Part shown: positions 18,877 through 30,937 of the stretch, in pieces | How positions within the stretch are numbered: position 1 is the first letter of the stretch | Layout: the number at the start of each line of letters is the position of its first letter | Origin: Laetmonice hystrix | Taxonomy: Eukaryota | Direction: 5' to 3' | DNA length: 64,000 bases | Assembly: GCA_965235115.1 (NCBI GenBank) | Contig: OZ249437.1 | Location: 15,500,001-15,564,000, forward strand | The notes under the pieces: generated by a model | What the model was told of the DNA's origin: nothing | Database searches by the model: none | Seen by the model: the letters and a program-made list of their open reading frames with translations, nothing else | Position numbers and translations under genes: made by a program

Positions 18877-21800
18877 ATGACGTCTCGGAAACTGTCGCTG
18901 GTTGTTGCTGCATGTAATAATAGAGGGATAGGTGTCAATGGGACGCTTCCCTGGCGACTGAGGTTTGTACTACGACGGGAGACTCGGAAATCGGGGACCT
19001 GCCAAGGGGGTGGGGCGATAATAGGGGCGATGAGCCTAGTAGTAGTGGCAGTAGTAGTAACTGATGTCTACCCTTTGTACCCATCGCGCATGTACGCATA
19101 CCCTAACTTCACGCACTTCCCCGTGTGTGCACCCACCCTGTTGCCGGGTGGATATCTTTGCTTTGCCACATGAATTCTTTATTCGTTTTTCCAACTGACA
19201 ATCTCTAAACTAATTTAGTCAGCTGCTGTCGAATTTTGTTCAGCATGATCTCGCCCTAGTCTAGACGTGGACACCCTTAACAGCTTCGCGTTAAGGATGT
19301 GGGACAAGCCATAGAGAATTTACCAAATGCGTGGGTTGGCTCGGTTTCAACGCCAATTTCAAACCCCTGTCGCGATGTCTACTTACAATAAAATGCCCAT
19401 GTTAATTTGTATAGTGTTCGCTAGGATCTTGGTCAAGGAATTGTCTATTCCGAAGGTGATTTTGACTTGTCAGGCCTTTTGTTGTAAGTTCAGTCCAACT
19501 TATTAAAACTCTCCATCGCCATTCGGCATCCGGGATAACATGAATCAGCTGGTTCCGGTTCCATTTGCACATGCGCAGTACCGACAGACAACAATGGCGG
19601 ACAGGAACGAATCTTCGATTTGCTTCGATTGAGGGTATAAAAACGGCCGTAATATATTACAGAAGGAGCGCATTACTTCCTGAACTGTGCGCTACACGTC
19701 GTCAGATGTAAATGGAAGTAATCATGTATTCGTAGAGATATGAATCGGTGCCATTTCTTTATTTGAAGGGATTTTGCAAATTCTCTATGACGATTCCAAC
19801 GACCCTAACACGCTAGTGTATAGGGGAGAGTCAACGGCTAGATCTCGCCCCTGACAAATGCCATCAAATCAGTCTTCACAAGCTCCCTCGGCCTCGCCAT
19901 AGGAAAAGCATTTCTAACGTCACAATGCTGAATTAATTCAGAAAGGATGCTCAATTTATAGCAGAATGGGGAGGCACTGAGAAATTAGGACATGATAACA
20001 AAAATCACACTGAGGTGGGAAATTTCTGTGTTGATAAAAATCGGGCAAATACAGGGGTGAGGGTGCACCCCCCTTTCATTAAAAAAAGACTTGCACCCAT
20101 ACTTTGTGCAGCGCACAGTTCACCACTCAGACCCTACCCCCCCTTTCCACCCCTCATATCCCCCATTCCAAAATCCTGAATTTGTCCCTGTTTTGTTCAT
20201 TGGGAACAAAGGATAACATGGAGTTAACAAGGGTCAAGGCTAAAGCTGGCTACACAGATGAGTGTGTGAACAGAACCATTCATGTAAATGAGGGCTTGTA
20301 ACACCTTCAGAACCTGTCAGCCATTAGCCATTGTGCCGTTGTTGTCTCAACTTGATTTGACAGGTCACACCTTGGCGACAATAGGTGAGAGCCAACTGAT
20401 GCGCCGGGTGGCCAGAGTGATGGGTTGGAAGGCCATTTGGGACTGACAAAAAGTGGTCAAAATGCGGGGTGGTCGTAATAGAAGCGGCCGCTATTGGGGG
20501 TTTTTGACAAACATTAAATAGAGGGAAAAAATTCAGGACTGAGCCAAACTGGCCGTAATTAAGGGTTGACCGCTTTACTGAGGTGGCCGTTAAGTGGGGT
20601 GCAACTGTATATTGCATTGCCTTGTCCAGGGGTGGCATTTGGAGTCGACCGAGGCGACAGAATTCGAGCTCAGGTGACTAGACATTCACAGAATACATGC
20701 CCGGTTGGCGAGTAACATATTCTGGGGATGGGCCTACTTACCAGGTCTGACTGGGGCTAATTTATTGCAAAACAGATCTGGGCATCTGACGTTTCCATGA
20801 TGTGGGCAGGGAAGTGCCCACGCTGGGCAGCGCCCTTCTCATCTCATCTGATGATGTAACAGTGTGTACATATTCTCATACCGTCTCTTGTTCATTCATA
20901 CCAAGGCGCTAATGGCCCCCACCCCCACCCCTTGCCAACTGAAAACCTTGTGCCTTCGATGCTAGTGCAAAACTACCGCCCAGCACATCCCTGTGTGGGC
21001 TAGTAATTTTTCATCCAGGCTAGTTGATTTTTTACTTTACTAGCCCGGCTGGCTAGTAAACTAAAAAGCTTATCCCTTGTATGACCAGGCTACATTTGGT
21101 TTGCTTATGTCATTTCTAAGGCCCATACATTATTATGTCCTTTTGAGCAAGGTTTCAGCCTTCCGGGAAATATCCAATAAGTTGGGAAAATAAGTAAACA
21201 TTATTGTGATAAATATGCATACCGGTACATTTACCAGCAGTTAGAAAGATACCAGAGTGCTGTAACTGTCTTCGAATATGTATGAGTGCCAGTGTTCCAG
21301 CTATTTTGGCGTATGCTGCGTATCGGCCTGAGACACTATACACTAGGTTTCAGCCCCAATACATGACCAAAATGACTGATATGTTGTTCTTTAGGGCTGA
21401 TACGTGATAAAAATTACCAACATGCTATAAAATGTAGAAGGGTTATGTTAGCTATGATGAAAACCAGTCGTGAGGAAGTGATAGAGCCTCAGAAAGTTCA
21501 CCAGCTTGCACCAGTTTTAACATGCTTACGGGATGCCAGGAGAAGAAACCTGGTCCGCATCCTCCAATTACCTGCCTGGTACTAACAAATTACCTGCCTA
21601 GTACTAACAAATTACCTGCCTAGTACTAACAAATTACCTGCCTAGTACTAACAAATTACCTGCCTAGTACTTATTAACAAATTACCTGCCTCAGGGTTTC
21701 ATACAGAGGGGGGGACGGGGGGGATTTATCCCCCCCCATGATTGGGACATGAGGGGGATATCCCCCCCCCCCCATCAATCTGCAGAGCAGTGTTTTTTTT

Positions 21801-24800
21801 TAAAGGTATCTGAACATAGTTTTAACGTCGACAACGAAATGTCTATGAATAATCCTGACAATCCTCCCTTCTGATGTCGAATAATATTGTAATGATGCAT
21901 TTATTTAAAACCTTTGTATGATTCTGTTTGCTGTCACTGCCAATTTTGTGTTTTTGGGCGTAAAAATTGTGGATTTTTTGGTGGTCGATTTAGTGAAGAT
22001 TCTCGCTCTGAGAGGCCAGGAAAACGCATCTCTGGAGTTCCTGAAAAAAAAATTCTGGGGGAGGGCTCCCAGACCCCCCGTTCCGGCCCGCCTTCGGCGG
22101 GCTCGCCCGTCCCCCTCATTAATTATTTTCTGGCGGAAACCCTGCTAGTACTAACAAATTACCTGCCTAGTACTAACAAATTACCTGCTGAGTACTATCA
22201 AATTACCTGCCTAGTACTAACAAATTACCTGCCGAGTACTATCAAATTACCTGCCTAGTACTAACAAATTACCTGCTGAGTACTATCAAATTACCTGCCT
22301 AGTACTAACAAATTACCTGCCGAGTACTATCAAATTACCTGCCTAGTACTAACAAATTACCTGCTGAGTACTATCAAATTACCTGCCTAGTACTAACAAA
22401 TTACCTGCCTAGTACTAACTGGCAGTTACCCCAACACTGCGATTTGCTTCGAGCTAGAACACCTCAGTCATTTAGTGTTATGGCCATGGGAGAGAATGTT
22501 TGCCTAATCCATGTAAGTTCCAGGAACCAGAAGATATGAAAGTTAATTGGCACAAAGTTCTTATTATCATTTTGTGTCTAGCATACTTTTTGTTCAAGGG
22601 AAATATTTATAATATAATTTGTAATAAGAACATGTGAAATTTGGATTTCAGAGGTGACATGGCGTTTTTCAAAAGGATCACCTCCGAGACAAAGAACCCA
22701 GGTGAGACTTGCCATCTCAGAACCTTCTTCAAACACTTTCAACAATGCCACAATCACATTATAGTTGGGATGGCTTCTTTGGTGTGCTTTGAGTGAATCT
22801 GTAAGAATTTGTTTGGGTGGCCAAACCACTGAATGGCAGTGTGGTAACTGTGGTTACAAAGAAACAGATTCAGGTTTTCAATGATAATTTCTTTCCCCCT
22901 AAGATTTCTTGATAAATAACATTAAGGTGTTCAGACTTTAAACAATTGACAATAACGGTATTTCTCTGACTTCAGAGCTACAAAATGCTGTCATTATGGG
23001 AAGGAGGACATGGGAGTCCATCCCAAAGGCACACCGCCCTCTAGCAAACAGACTAAACATCATCATCAGTCGGACATGGCAGTAAGATTGCATAGATTTC
23101 TGCACTGAATTATGTTGTAATCATTTCCTTGTACTGAGGGTATGTCTTTGTGAACAGAAATACCTGATATACTCATGTCTAGTGTATAGTATTGAATAAT
23201 TGTGAGGACTGTAACAATTACAGATTATTTGAAATGTTCCCAAGATCTGTTTTTCTTTCCTTCAGAGAGTCACCAGAGGGGTCGTACCTGGTCCGGAGTC
23301 TGGACGAAGCGATTGAGCTTTGTATGACAGGGGTACTCTCCTCCAAAGTGGAAACCCTTTTTATTATTGGTGGCAGTTCCATATATGATGTAAGTAGAAA
23401 CACTTTGCCAGTTGGATGCTTTAAACGTCAGCTAAAATTTGTCTGCTAAAGAATTTTTGATATTGCTGCCAAATGCCTTGCTGTGCAGAGCTTTAAGAAA
23501 TGTAAAAAAAAAATCTGCTTGTCCACCTGATCCTACAAAAATACAAATTCGACTTTGTACATAAAGTTTTTAACTCCAGAGTACAGGTTGACTGGCAATA
23601 CTTGTAAATGTTGATGAAGAAGTGCTCCTGACTTTTTAATACAAGTTCTGGCAGATTCCATGATTAAAATGGAGGTTGTCACTGCTGTATGAGGCAGAGA
23701 TTCAATAACAATAGGATGGCTCTCATGTTTCATAGGACTCTCTATCTGTTAGTATAGAGGTCAGGAGAACTGCTAATTAAAGTATCACCTTAAAATGTCT
23801 TTAAAATGTCCCTGCAGATGGCGTTTGCTTCCCCAGACTGTCACCGGATCTACCTGACCCAAGTTATGGGAGAGTTTGAGTGCGATACATTCATGCCTGA
23901 ATTTGATAAAACAGTTTTCAAGAAAGTCCAGTAAGTTTCAACCGTTTATTTCTTACTGATAATTCATGTTCTCATCACAAATGTACCTGACCCCGTCACA
24001 GGGCTCGAATTAAGCCACGGCACCGACGGCAAGTGTCATGGTTGAACTCCCCACTTGCTGTAGTCCCCTGATTATATAGACGATGTCCACGGCAAGAAAA
24101 TGCCATGGCTGCCCCACCTGGTTTGCCTGTGTGCCTTTCCCATAAATTCCATAAAATTTCTGCTAAAGTGCTTAGACCCAAGGCAACACTTGCCATGCCC
24201 TAAAAAAATTAAAATTCAAGCCCTGCCGTCACCCTGAGCCTTTGTTACTAATTGGTTGGACCAGCCCCGCTGGCTGTAAAATGTGAGTTTATATGGTTGC
24301 AGCTGCAAAATGTTCTGAGACACAGTAGAGTAGTGCCACACTAAGTACTGTACTTTGATATTTTTTTGGTTAAGTACCTCTGAATGCTACCTAGTGTGGG
24401 TATTTTTTAGCTACTATAATCCCCCATGCATAAGCCACTTTTTTTTATCATCAAATTTTTTTCTGAAAATCTAGGGCAAGTAGTTGGGCCAGAATAAGTT
24501 GTCATGATGATTTGACTCAATGTGCACACCTTCAACTGTTTTGTATCTCAATAGATATATTTTAAACTGAAGACTACAGAGGTACGATCAGTTTGTTTGC
24601 TCAGTTGTTGTAGCTATATGTTAAACATGCTTTAAAATGACTTACAAAAATCAGCCAATAGATGTTAATGCAGTGTTTCATTGCACAAAATATGTTACTC
24701 CTTTGTTTACAGTTATAAATGTGTGTGCGTAAAGAATCAAAGAGAACCTGGATAAGTTTTACTGTTCAGTATAATCATCGATCTTCACGAAGAAAAACAG

Positions 24801-26856
24801 ACAGAAAAAATAACAAGTGGAAAGAGATAGGGCTATTATATAGATCTGTGTCATTAATCTTTATGCCTAATGTATGGTCCTTTGAAGTGGGCCATTAGCA
24901 GTTTTGAAAGCTTCATAACTTTCAGAATAAAAAATGGCATATTATGATATCTTGCCCTAATGGTATAAATCGTCAGATATTTTGAGTAGGACTTTAAGAG
25001 AGGGTGATATCTGAACAGGATGAAGTGGTGGTTACGAGTGTTGTCTTATTGCACCAGGTTCTTGTGGCTATCAACAAAACACATCGCTACTTCTGTAGAG
25101 TTTCAACATATGGATGCCGACTGCCGATAGTCTACCTAGTATTTAAGGTACAATCTCTAGGATACAGGCATGGCTTTAGGTGTTATGAGATAGCCTTTTG
25201 CACCTCATAAAGAAATATAGAATATTCAGAATTAATGAAAATAGTGTCTCGCAAGGGAAGGGGTTACAAGCATCTTGGCTGGTTACAGAAAAACAAGCAC
25301 TGATGTACGCATAGTGCGTACAGGAACGGCAGGGTAATGGTAAACCCAACAAGTCACTTTTTGTTGATAAAGTTTGACTGATATTTTTAAATTTACCAAT
25401 GTTTAGTACAATATAAGTCAAACAGATGACAAACGGGCGTCACAGCCCTTTGCTGCTCTGTATCTGGTGAACTCCTGACCAAACAGATGACAAACAGGCA
25501 TCACAGCCCGTGCTGGTCTGTATCTGGTGAAGTCCTGACCAAACAGATGACAAACAGGTGTCGATCACGGCCCGTGCTGGTCTGTATCTGGTGAAGTTCT
25601 AACCAAACAGATGACAAACAGGTGTCGATCACGGCCCGTGCTGGTCTGTATCTGGTGAAGTCCTGACCAAACAGATGACAAACAGGTGTCGATCACGGCC
25701 CGTGCTGGTCTGTATCTGGTGAAGTCCTGACCAAACAGATGACAAACAGGTGTCTATACGGCCCGTGCTGGTCTGTATCTGGTGAAGTCCTGACCAAACA
25801 GATGACAAACGGGCGTCACGGCCCGTGCTGGTCTGTATCTGGTGAAGTCCTGACCAAACAGATGACAAACGGGCGTCACGGCCCGTGCTGGTCTGTATCT
25901 GGTGAAGTCCTGACCAAACAGATGACAAACGCGCGTCACGGCCCGTGCTGGTCTGTATCTGGTGAAGTCCTGACCAAACAGATGACAAACGGGCGTCACG
26001 GCCCGTGCTGGTCTGTATCTGGTGAAGTCCTGACCAAACAGATGACAAACAGGCATCACAACCCGTGCTGGTCTGTATCTGGTGAAGTCCTGACCAAACA
26101 GATGACAAACAGGCATCACAACCCGTGCTGGTCTGTATCTGGTGAAGTCCTGACCAAACAGATGACAAACAGGCATCACAACCCGTGCTGGTCTGTATCT
26201 GATGAAGCCCTGACCAGACAGATGACAAACGCGCGTCACGGCCCGTGCTGGTCTGTATCTGATGAAGCCCTGACCAGACAGATGACAAACGCGCGTCACG
26301 GCCCATGCTGGTCTCTGGTGAAGTTCTAACCAAACAGATGACAAACGCGCGTCACGGCCCGTGCTGGTCTGTGTATCTGGTGAAGTCTGAGGATGATTTT
26401 GCAGTGTCGCAGACATTTGACACAAAACGATGATTTTTCAGTATCCCAGTCATTTGACATGGAACGTATCTCTGAACAGCTGGGGCCCGTTTTACTAAAG
26501 AGTCGAAAATAACGACGTCGAAAATTTAACATAGAAGTGGATGGGTTGCTAGGTTGAAAATAACGACCTAGCAACCATTCACTTCTATGTTAAATTTTCG
26601 ACGTCGTTATTTTCGACCTTTAGTAAAACCGGCCCCTGCATTGTTACATGGAAGAAATATGTGTATTTCGTGTACTGCTTGTAAACTTGAAAGGTAGAAA
26701 ATTAAACTTGATTGTGTCCCTAAAATTTGTCCTTGATATTGTTGTTGCAGACTTGATGGTATCGACCCGGAGATACAGACAGAGAATGAGATAGAGTACC
26801 AGTACGAAGTGTATGAAAAGGTAGATGTCAATCCAGAGGTGGAGGCCTGTAGATGA
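18877..26856 (+). CDS. DHFR: Dihydrofolate reductase, canonical copy (194 aa, six exons)
   Basis: Exons 18877-18962, 22652-22701, 22976-23081, 23266-23389, 23818-23930, 26751-26856, all GT-AG with consistent phase. Motifs [58 protein letters not shown]. Exon sizes 86/50/106 match the vertebrate DHFR layout. Confidence 0.96.
21567..22418. repeat. 22-bp minisatellite (ttacctgcctagtactaacaaa) interrupted by a MITE
   Basis: Blocks at about 21567-21691 and 22145-22418, in DHFR intron 1. Confidence 0.9.
21692..22144. mobile_element. Non-autonomous DNA transposon with CAGGGTTTC TIRs inserted in the 22-bp array
   Basis: CAGGGTTTC...GAAACCCTG termini; comparison with the uninterrupted repeat unit indicates a 2-bp CT duplication. 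Confidence 0.7.
23999..24225. mobile_element. hAT-like MITE with 6-bp TSD
   Basis: TIRs CAGGGCTCGAATT / AATTCAAGCCCTG; CCGTCA duplicated at 23993-23998 and 24226-24231. Confidence 0.8.
25419..26385. repeat. 60-bp minisatellite, about 16 copies, in DHFR intron 5
   Basis: Unit aaacagatgacaaacgggcgtcacggcccgtgctggtctgtatctggtgaagtcctgacc with homogenised sub-blocks of variants. Confidence 0.92.
26483..26635. mobile_element. 153-bp almost fully palindromic Harbinger-like MITE
   Basis: Termini GGGCCCGTTTTACTAAAG / CTTTAGTAAAACCGGCCC; CTG TSD at 26480-26482 and 26636-26638; arms are complementary almost to the centre. Confidence 0.85.
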
Positions 26857-29800
26857 TTGGACGCTGGTCTGACCTTGAGCTGGGGGAGACGGGGTGGCCA
26901 GGATTATCTTTAGTCCCACAGTGGGGATTTTGGAATGAATCTTGGATTTTAATAATTTAACCTTTTTCGAAATCCCAAGAAAATCAAAACCAGAACAATA
27001 TTGGCAGACATCATGTTTGGACAAGATGTCAGGATCAAAAGTATATAAATATCCTGTCAACATTTTTGGAAGGTTTAGGCGTTTTGGGACTTGCAGCCAC
27101 ACATCCACCCTACCCCTAGCTTCCGGCTACGGGTCTGCTGATAATGTCATTCCAAAATACATTGGTAGTTAGATTCAAGCGCTCTTTGAAACTGTGTTAT
27201 TGCAGCGTGTAGGTAAGTTGAGTTAGGGATTACCAGCGGTATAGAGAATCGAGCTCTGATTTAATGAATGAATACTCAAAGGGAAACCGAATCAAACTTA
27301 TCGTGCAAGAAGTAGTTCCCAAACATTTTAAAACTTTTACAAGAAAAAGATCCCTTTACTTTCCCAGCCTTGGGAACAAAGACTCAGGCTATTGTCAATT
27401 TACTTCACACAATGTACGTATGTACTTTATGAAATACCTCTTGGAGTAGCAGGGATGCTGGCACTTTGATTTCTTCAGTCCTTAGAAAATTTGATGTTTT
27501 ACTTCTTCCTTATGGATCATGCAGTGGCCACGATCTCGTGTGTGTATGACTTAAGGCTTACAAATGAACAGAATCCATAATAAATAGTAAAAATATATAT
27601 CGTTAGCTTTCATGTTACCATGCCAATCCATTGGATACACAGTCTAAAACTACATCAAAGGTCAGAAAGACGTGTTTATCTTCCCACAATTCCAATATTT
27701 ACTTTTTGTTCGTCTGTATATAGTAGTCCTCTGTTAGCTGCTACTGATGGAGGAAACTTTTAGGACGAGACAGAGTGATTGTAAGTGATAGAGTTTGAGC
27801 AGACATACGTATTGTTGTCTAGTGTTCATTTTACCAGCATGTTAGTTCTAAGTACGTACATATTATGGCATGCAGTAATTCACTATTTTTATGCGCACAT
27901 ATCGCTGTCGACAAATTCTGTTGTTATTTTTGGTTGCAATAAATGCTGGCGTCTAGTGTTAGTTATTCTATAACGGTGTTGTGTTGTGTGTGTCAGCTTT
28001 CACAGTTTCTGACTTGGACTAAAAGACATGGTACTATTGGATCATATTTTGAGACTTTATGTATAGGATCGTATGTTGAAGCTAAGCAGGAATGCGGTGA
28101 CCGACGAGGACACCGACACTTTAACTTTATACATTAATTTTCATGGATATTTTCACGGTACTGGAAATATCACCTCGGAGAAAATATTACCACCACGGTT
28201 AAATTATTATTACTGTGAAAATATCGATGAAAATCAATCTAGAACGTTTAAAACACTAAGGTCTATGTCCCTATGGGCTGACGTAGCTGTGCTTAGCTTA
28301 AAGCTTGCTGCTTAGAGCCTTTCTGAAATCGGGACCTGATATGTGTGAGACCTTCTTCTTTTTACCAGATGACATTACAATCAAATGATGGCCCCACAGT
28401 TCTGCAGTAGTCCGAGAAAAAACAATTATTTTGAATAAGTAAGGACAGAGTACCGGGGCATTGGAAAGTTCGGGAAAATCATACGATGTTTAAGATTAGA
28501 ATAAATCCTGTCATTTCGGTGAAAGAAGTGTGAATTGTAATTTCGCAATTTTTCAAAAATACGCCGAGTTACAACAGGAGAGATGAGCTGTGCTCAGGTG
28601 AGAGACAATGTAATCTTGTTTTCTTTTTCCCATATCATGGAAAAATGCCTTTTACGTTCAACTAATCAATCGGAAGAACGCTTCCACGGCAAATACTAGT
28701 ATGATGAGGGATTTAAGAGCGTTTTAATTTATGTCGCTTTTAGAATTCACACAAGGCACTGTGTATTCTGCCCAAAGAAAAGTTTCGTCCTATATAGGAC
28801 AGCGCCTATAGATGTTAGTCCGCCTGCCATAGATTTATGTTCTGACGGCAATTCCTCAATAAATTCGTCATTCTGATCCGGTGGAAAAGGCGTAAAGAGA
28901 AGCGTGGACAATAAACCATTTCCCAGTGTGGTCGCAGTGTTTGAGAATGGGCCGAGAGCTCTGGGAAGTGCTACTCCAGTAACAGTGTTTGGTTGGCATT
29001 GAAGCGATTCCATTGCTTTCTTAATCGAACTGAGTGCTTCCATTCAGCGAAAATGATAATGCTGTATACACTGTACATGTACGTGGAATACTCCCAAGTT
29101 GAAGAGGTATCTACAGGAGCGGGGTTTACCAGACAACATAATTATAAAAAGGCAACTTCTAAAAGGTTTTGTTCAGTGTCACTGTCAGCGTACAGAACCT
29201 CAATGTCGACCAAGAGTAGGCCTGATATGAATGTGACAAATCATGCGGTTGATCGTATTAAGGATCCAATGTGAGTTTTTTTTAACCCTATATTAGCTAA
29301 AGTATTTAAAGACGATCTCCTTGGTGCCCCATCGAAAGTACGCGATAATTTTTTGTGTATTTGAGTACACACGCGCTGCTTGCCTCCCAGACCGCGACGG
29401 CTGCAATTCTTGGAAATAGTCTTGAGTAATCTAATGACCCAAGGCTGTATACGTTAACAAAAGGCTGAAGGGTAGGGTTTGCCTTTACTCTGGGGTAGGA
29501 AAGTGAACTACTCAAGTACCGGTCGTTGTGTGTGTAAAGTCTCCGCTGAGTTAGGCCACGACACATTCACTGGAAAGCTTAATTGAAGCGAAGCGCTCGA
29601 TGCTGTATTGAAAAACAGGAAACATATTTTGAAACACTAATTCAAGATTAATTAAATTAAAATATTATCCTTTTATATAAAATGGAATTGATACAACACT
29701 GAAAAACGGGACGTTTGCGTACATACATTGTTCCTGGATTGCGGGTAACGATAGCGTCCATCGCAGTCTGGAGGTCTACATTTGTTTAGTTTGATATCTT

Positions 29801-30539
29801 ATAGGCTCCTATAAAATTAATATGGGCGCCATGCACACTTAATTCCTAAGATCGGTAACGGAATAATGAAATCCTGCTATAAGTATTTGATCAACAGATT
29901 GTGTATACATGGGCGCTGTCGTTATTTTACGTTACTCGCCAAAAGATCATATTTAAATACATTCACGAGGCTGAGGGCCTAAATTGAGGGTCACGTGACA
30001 CCAGGTTTTAATTGTATGGACTATAGTGGGGCCTTGAATCAAAGTATGAACAGTAGACTTTCATTTCCGTCCGAGGTGTGACCCAGATACGACAGGTGTG
30101 TGTATACATGCCATTACTTCATGAATAGATTCTTCGTTAGTGGACCCTGATTATCACATGGGTGGGACCGTGGCTAGTGTAACTTGGTATTTCTCCCCTG
30201 GCATTGCGTGCTCGGGAATACCTCATTAAATCTCGTACTCTATGCTGTCAGCAGTGGTATCGCGAGCTGAATCTCTCCATCTTTCTTACCAATTTGTCTT
30301 CAAACTATTCCAAGAATAGGGATATACCCGATATCTGTCATTTGACTGCATCAGGTGGAAATCTTTTGGTGTAGACACTAGAAGTAAAAACTAACTTTTC
30401 CTTTAAACTGGTGTAGGTTAATGGTACAAGCAGAAAAACAAGAGTGAATATGAAAATAATAAAATGGGAGTTGGCAAAACAATCTAATGTAACCTACGAG
30501 CGGTGAAAAAACGCGCTTACAAGCTGTTGAATGGGACTA

Positions 30540-30615
30540 GGTGGGTGGATGGGTATTTGGGGCTTTACGCCTTGCAACAGCCCGGGTCATATCGCTTTCT
30601 TGGTGGAGGAAACTT
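30540..30615 (-). mobile_element. Truncated 3' fragment of the same SINE family as 38070-38340
   Basis: gtgggtggatgggtatttggggctttacgccttgcaacagcccgggtcatatc...ttcttggtggaggaaac matches the tail of the full copy. Confidence 0.75.
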
Positions 30616-30937
30616 GGGCTTTGAAATGTAACACATGGGCATATTTCTTTTTTTAAATATTTTTTATTAACCATATTTAACCAGGATTACCCACAGCCAC
30701 CCGGCTCTTCATACCGGGTCATGTAGGGTCCTGGGGTAGAAATACGACAAAAATATTTACATTTAAAATGAATCCAAATTCATATCCGCAATACAACTGT
30801 ACATACAGAGTAGTAATACAAAGCAAACTTAAAACAAACCATGTGCACCAGCATCCATTTGACATTGTAGCGATTATTTTACAATCAGCCGGAAGGTATT
30901 CATCGGTACTGACGGCAGGTGTTTGTTTGACTTCCAG

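Noticed and set aside
25629-26425. Three ORFs of about 200 aa with 20-aa repeats
   Set aside because: Produced by a stop-free 60-bp intronic minisatellite.
26842-27137. Last DHFR codons derived from a MITE left TIR (GAGGCCTGTAG versus right end GGCTACGGGTCTG)
   Set aside because: Only partial TIR similarity and no TSD.
28747-29043. 98-aa minus-strand ORF
   Set aside because: No motif, no convincing splice context; possibly a decayed repeat.
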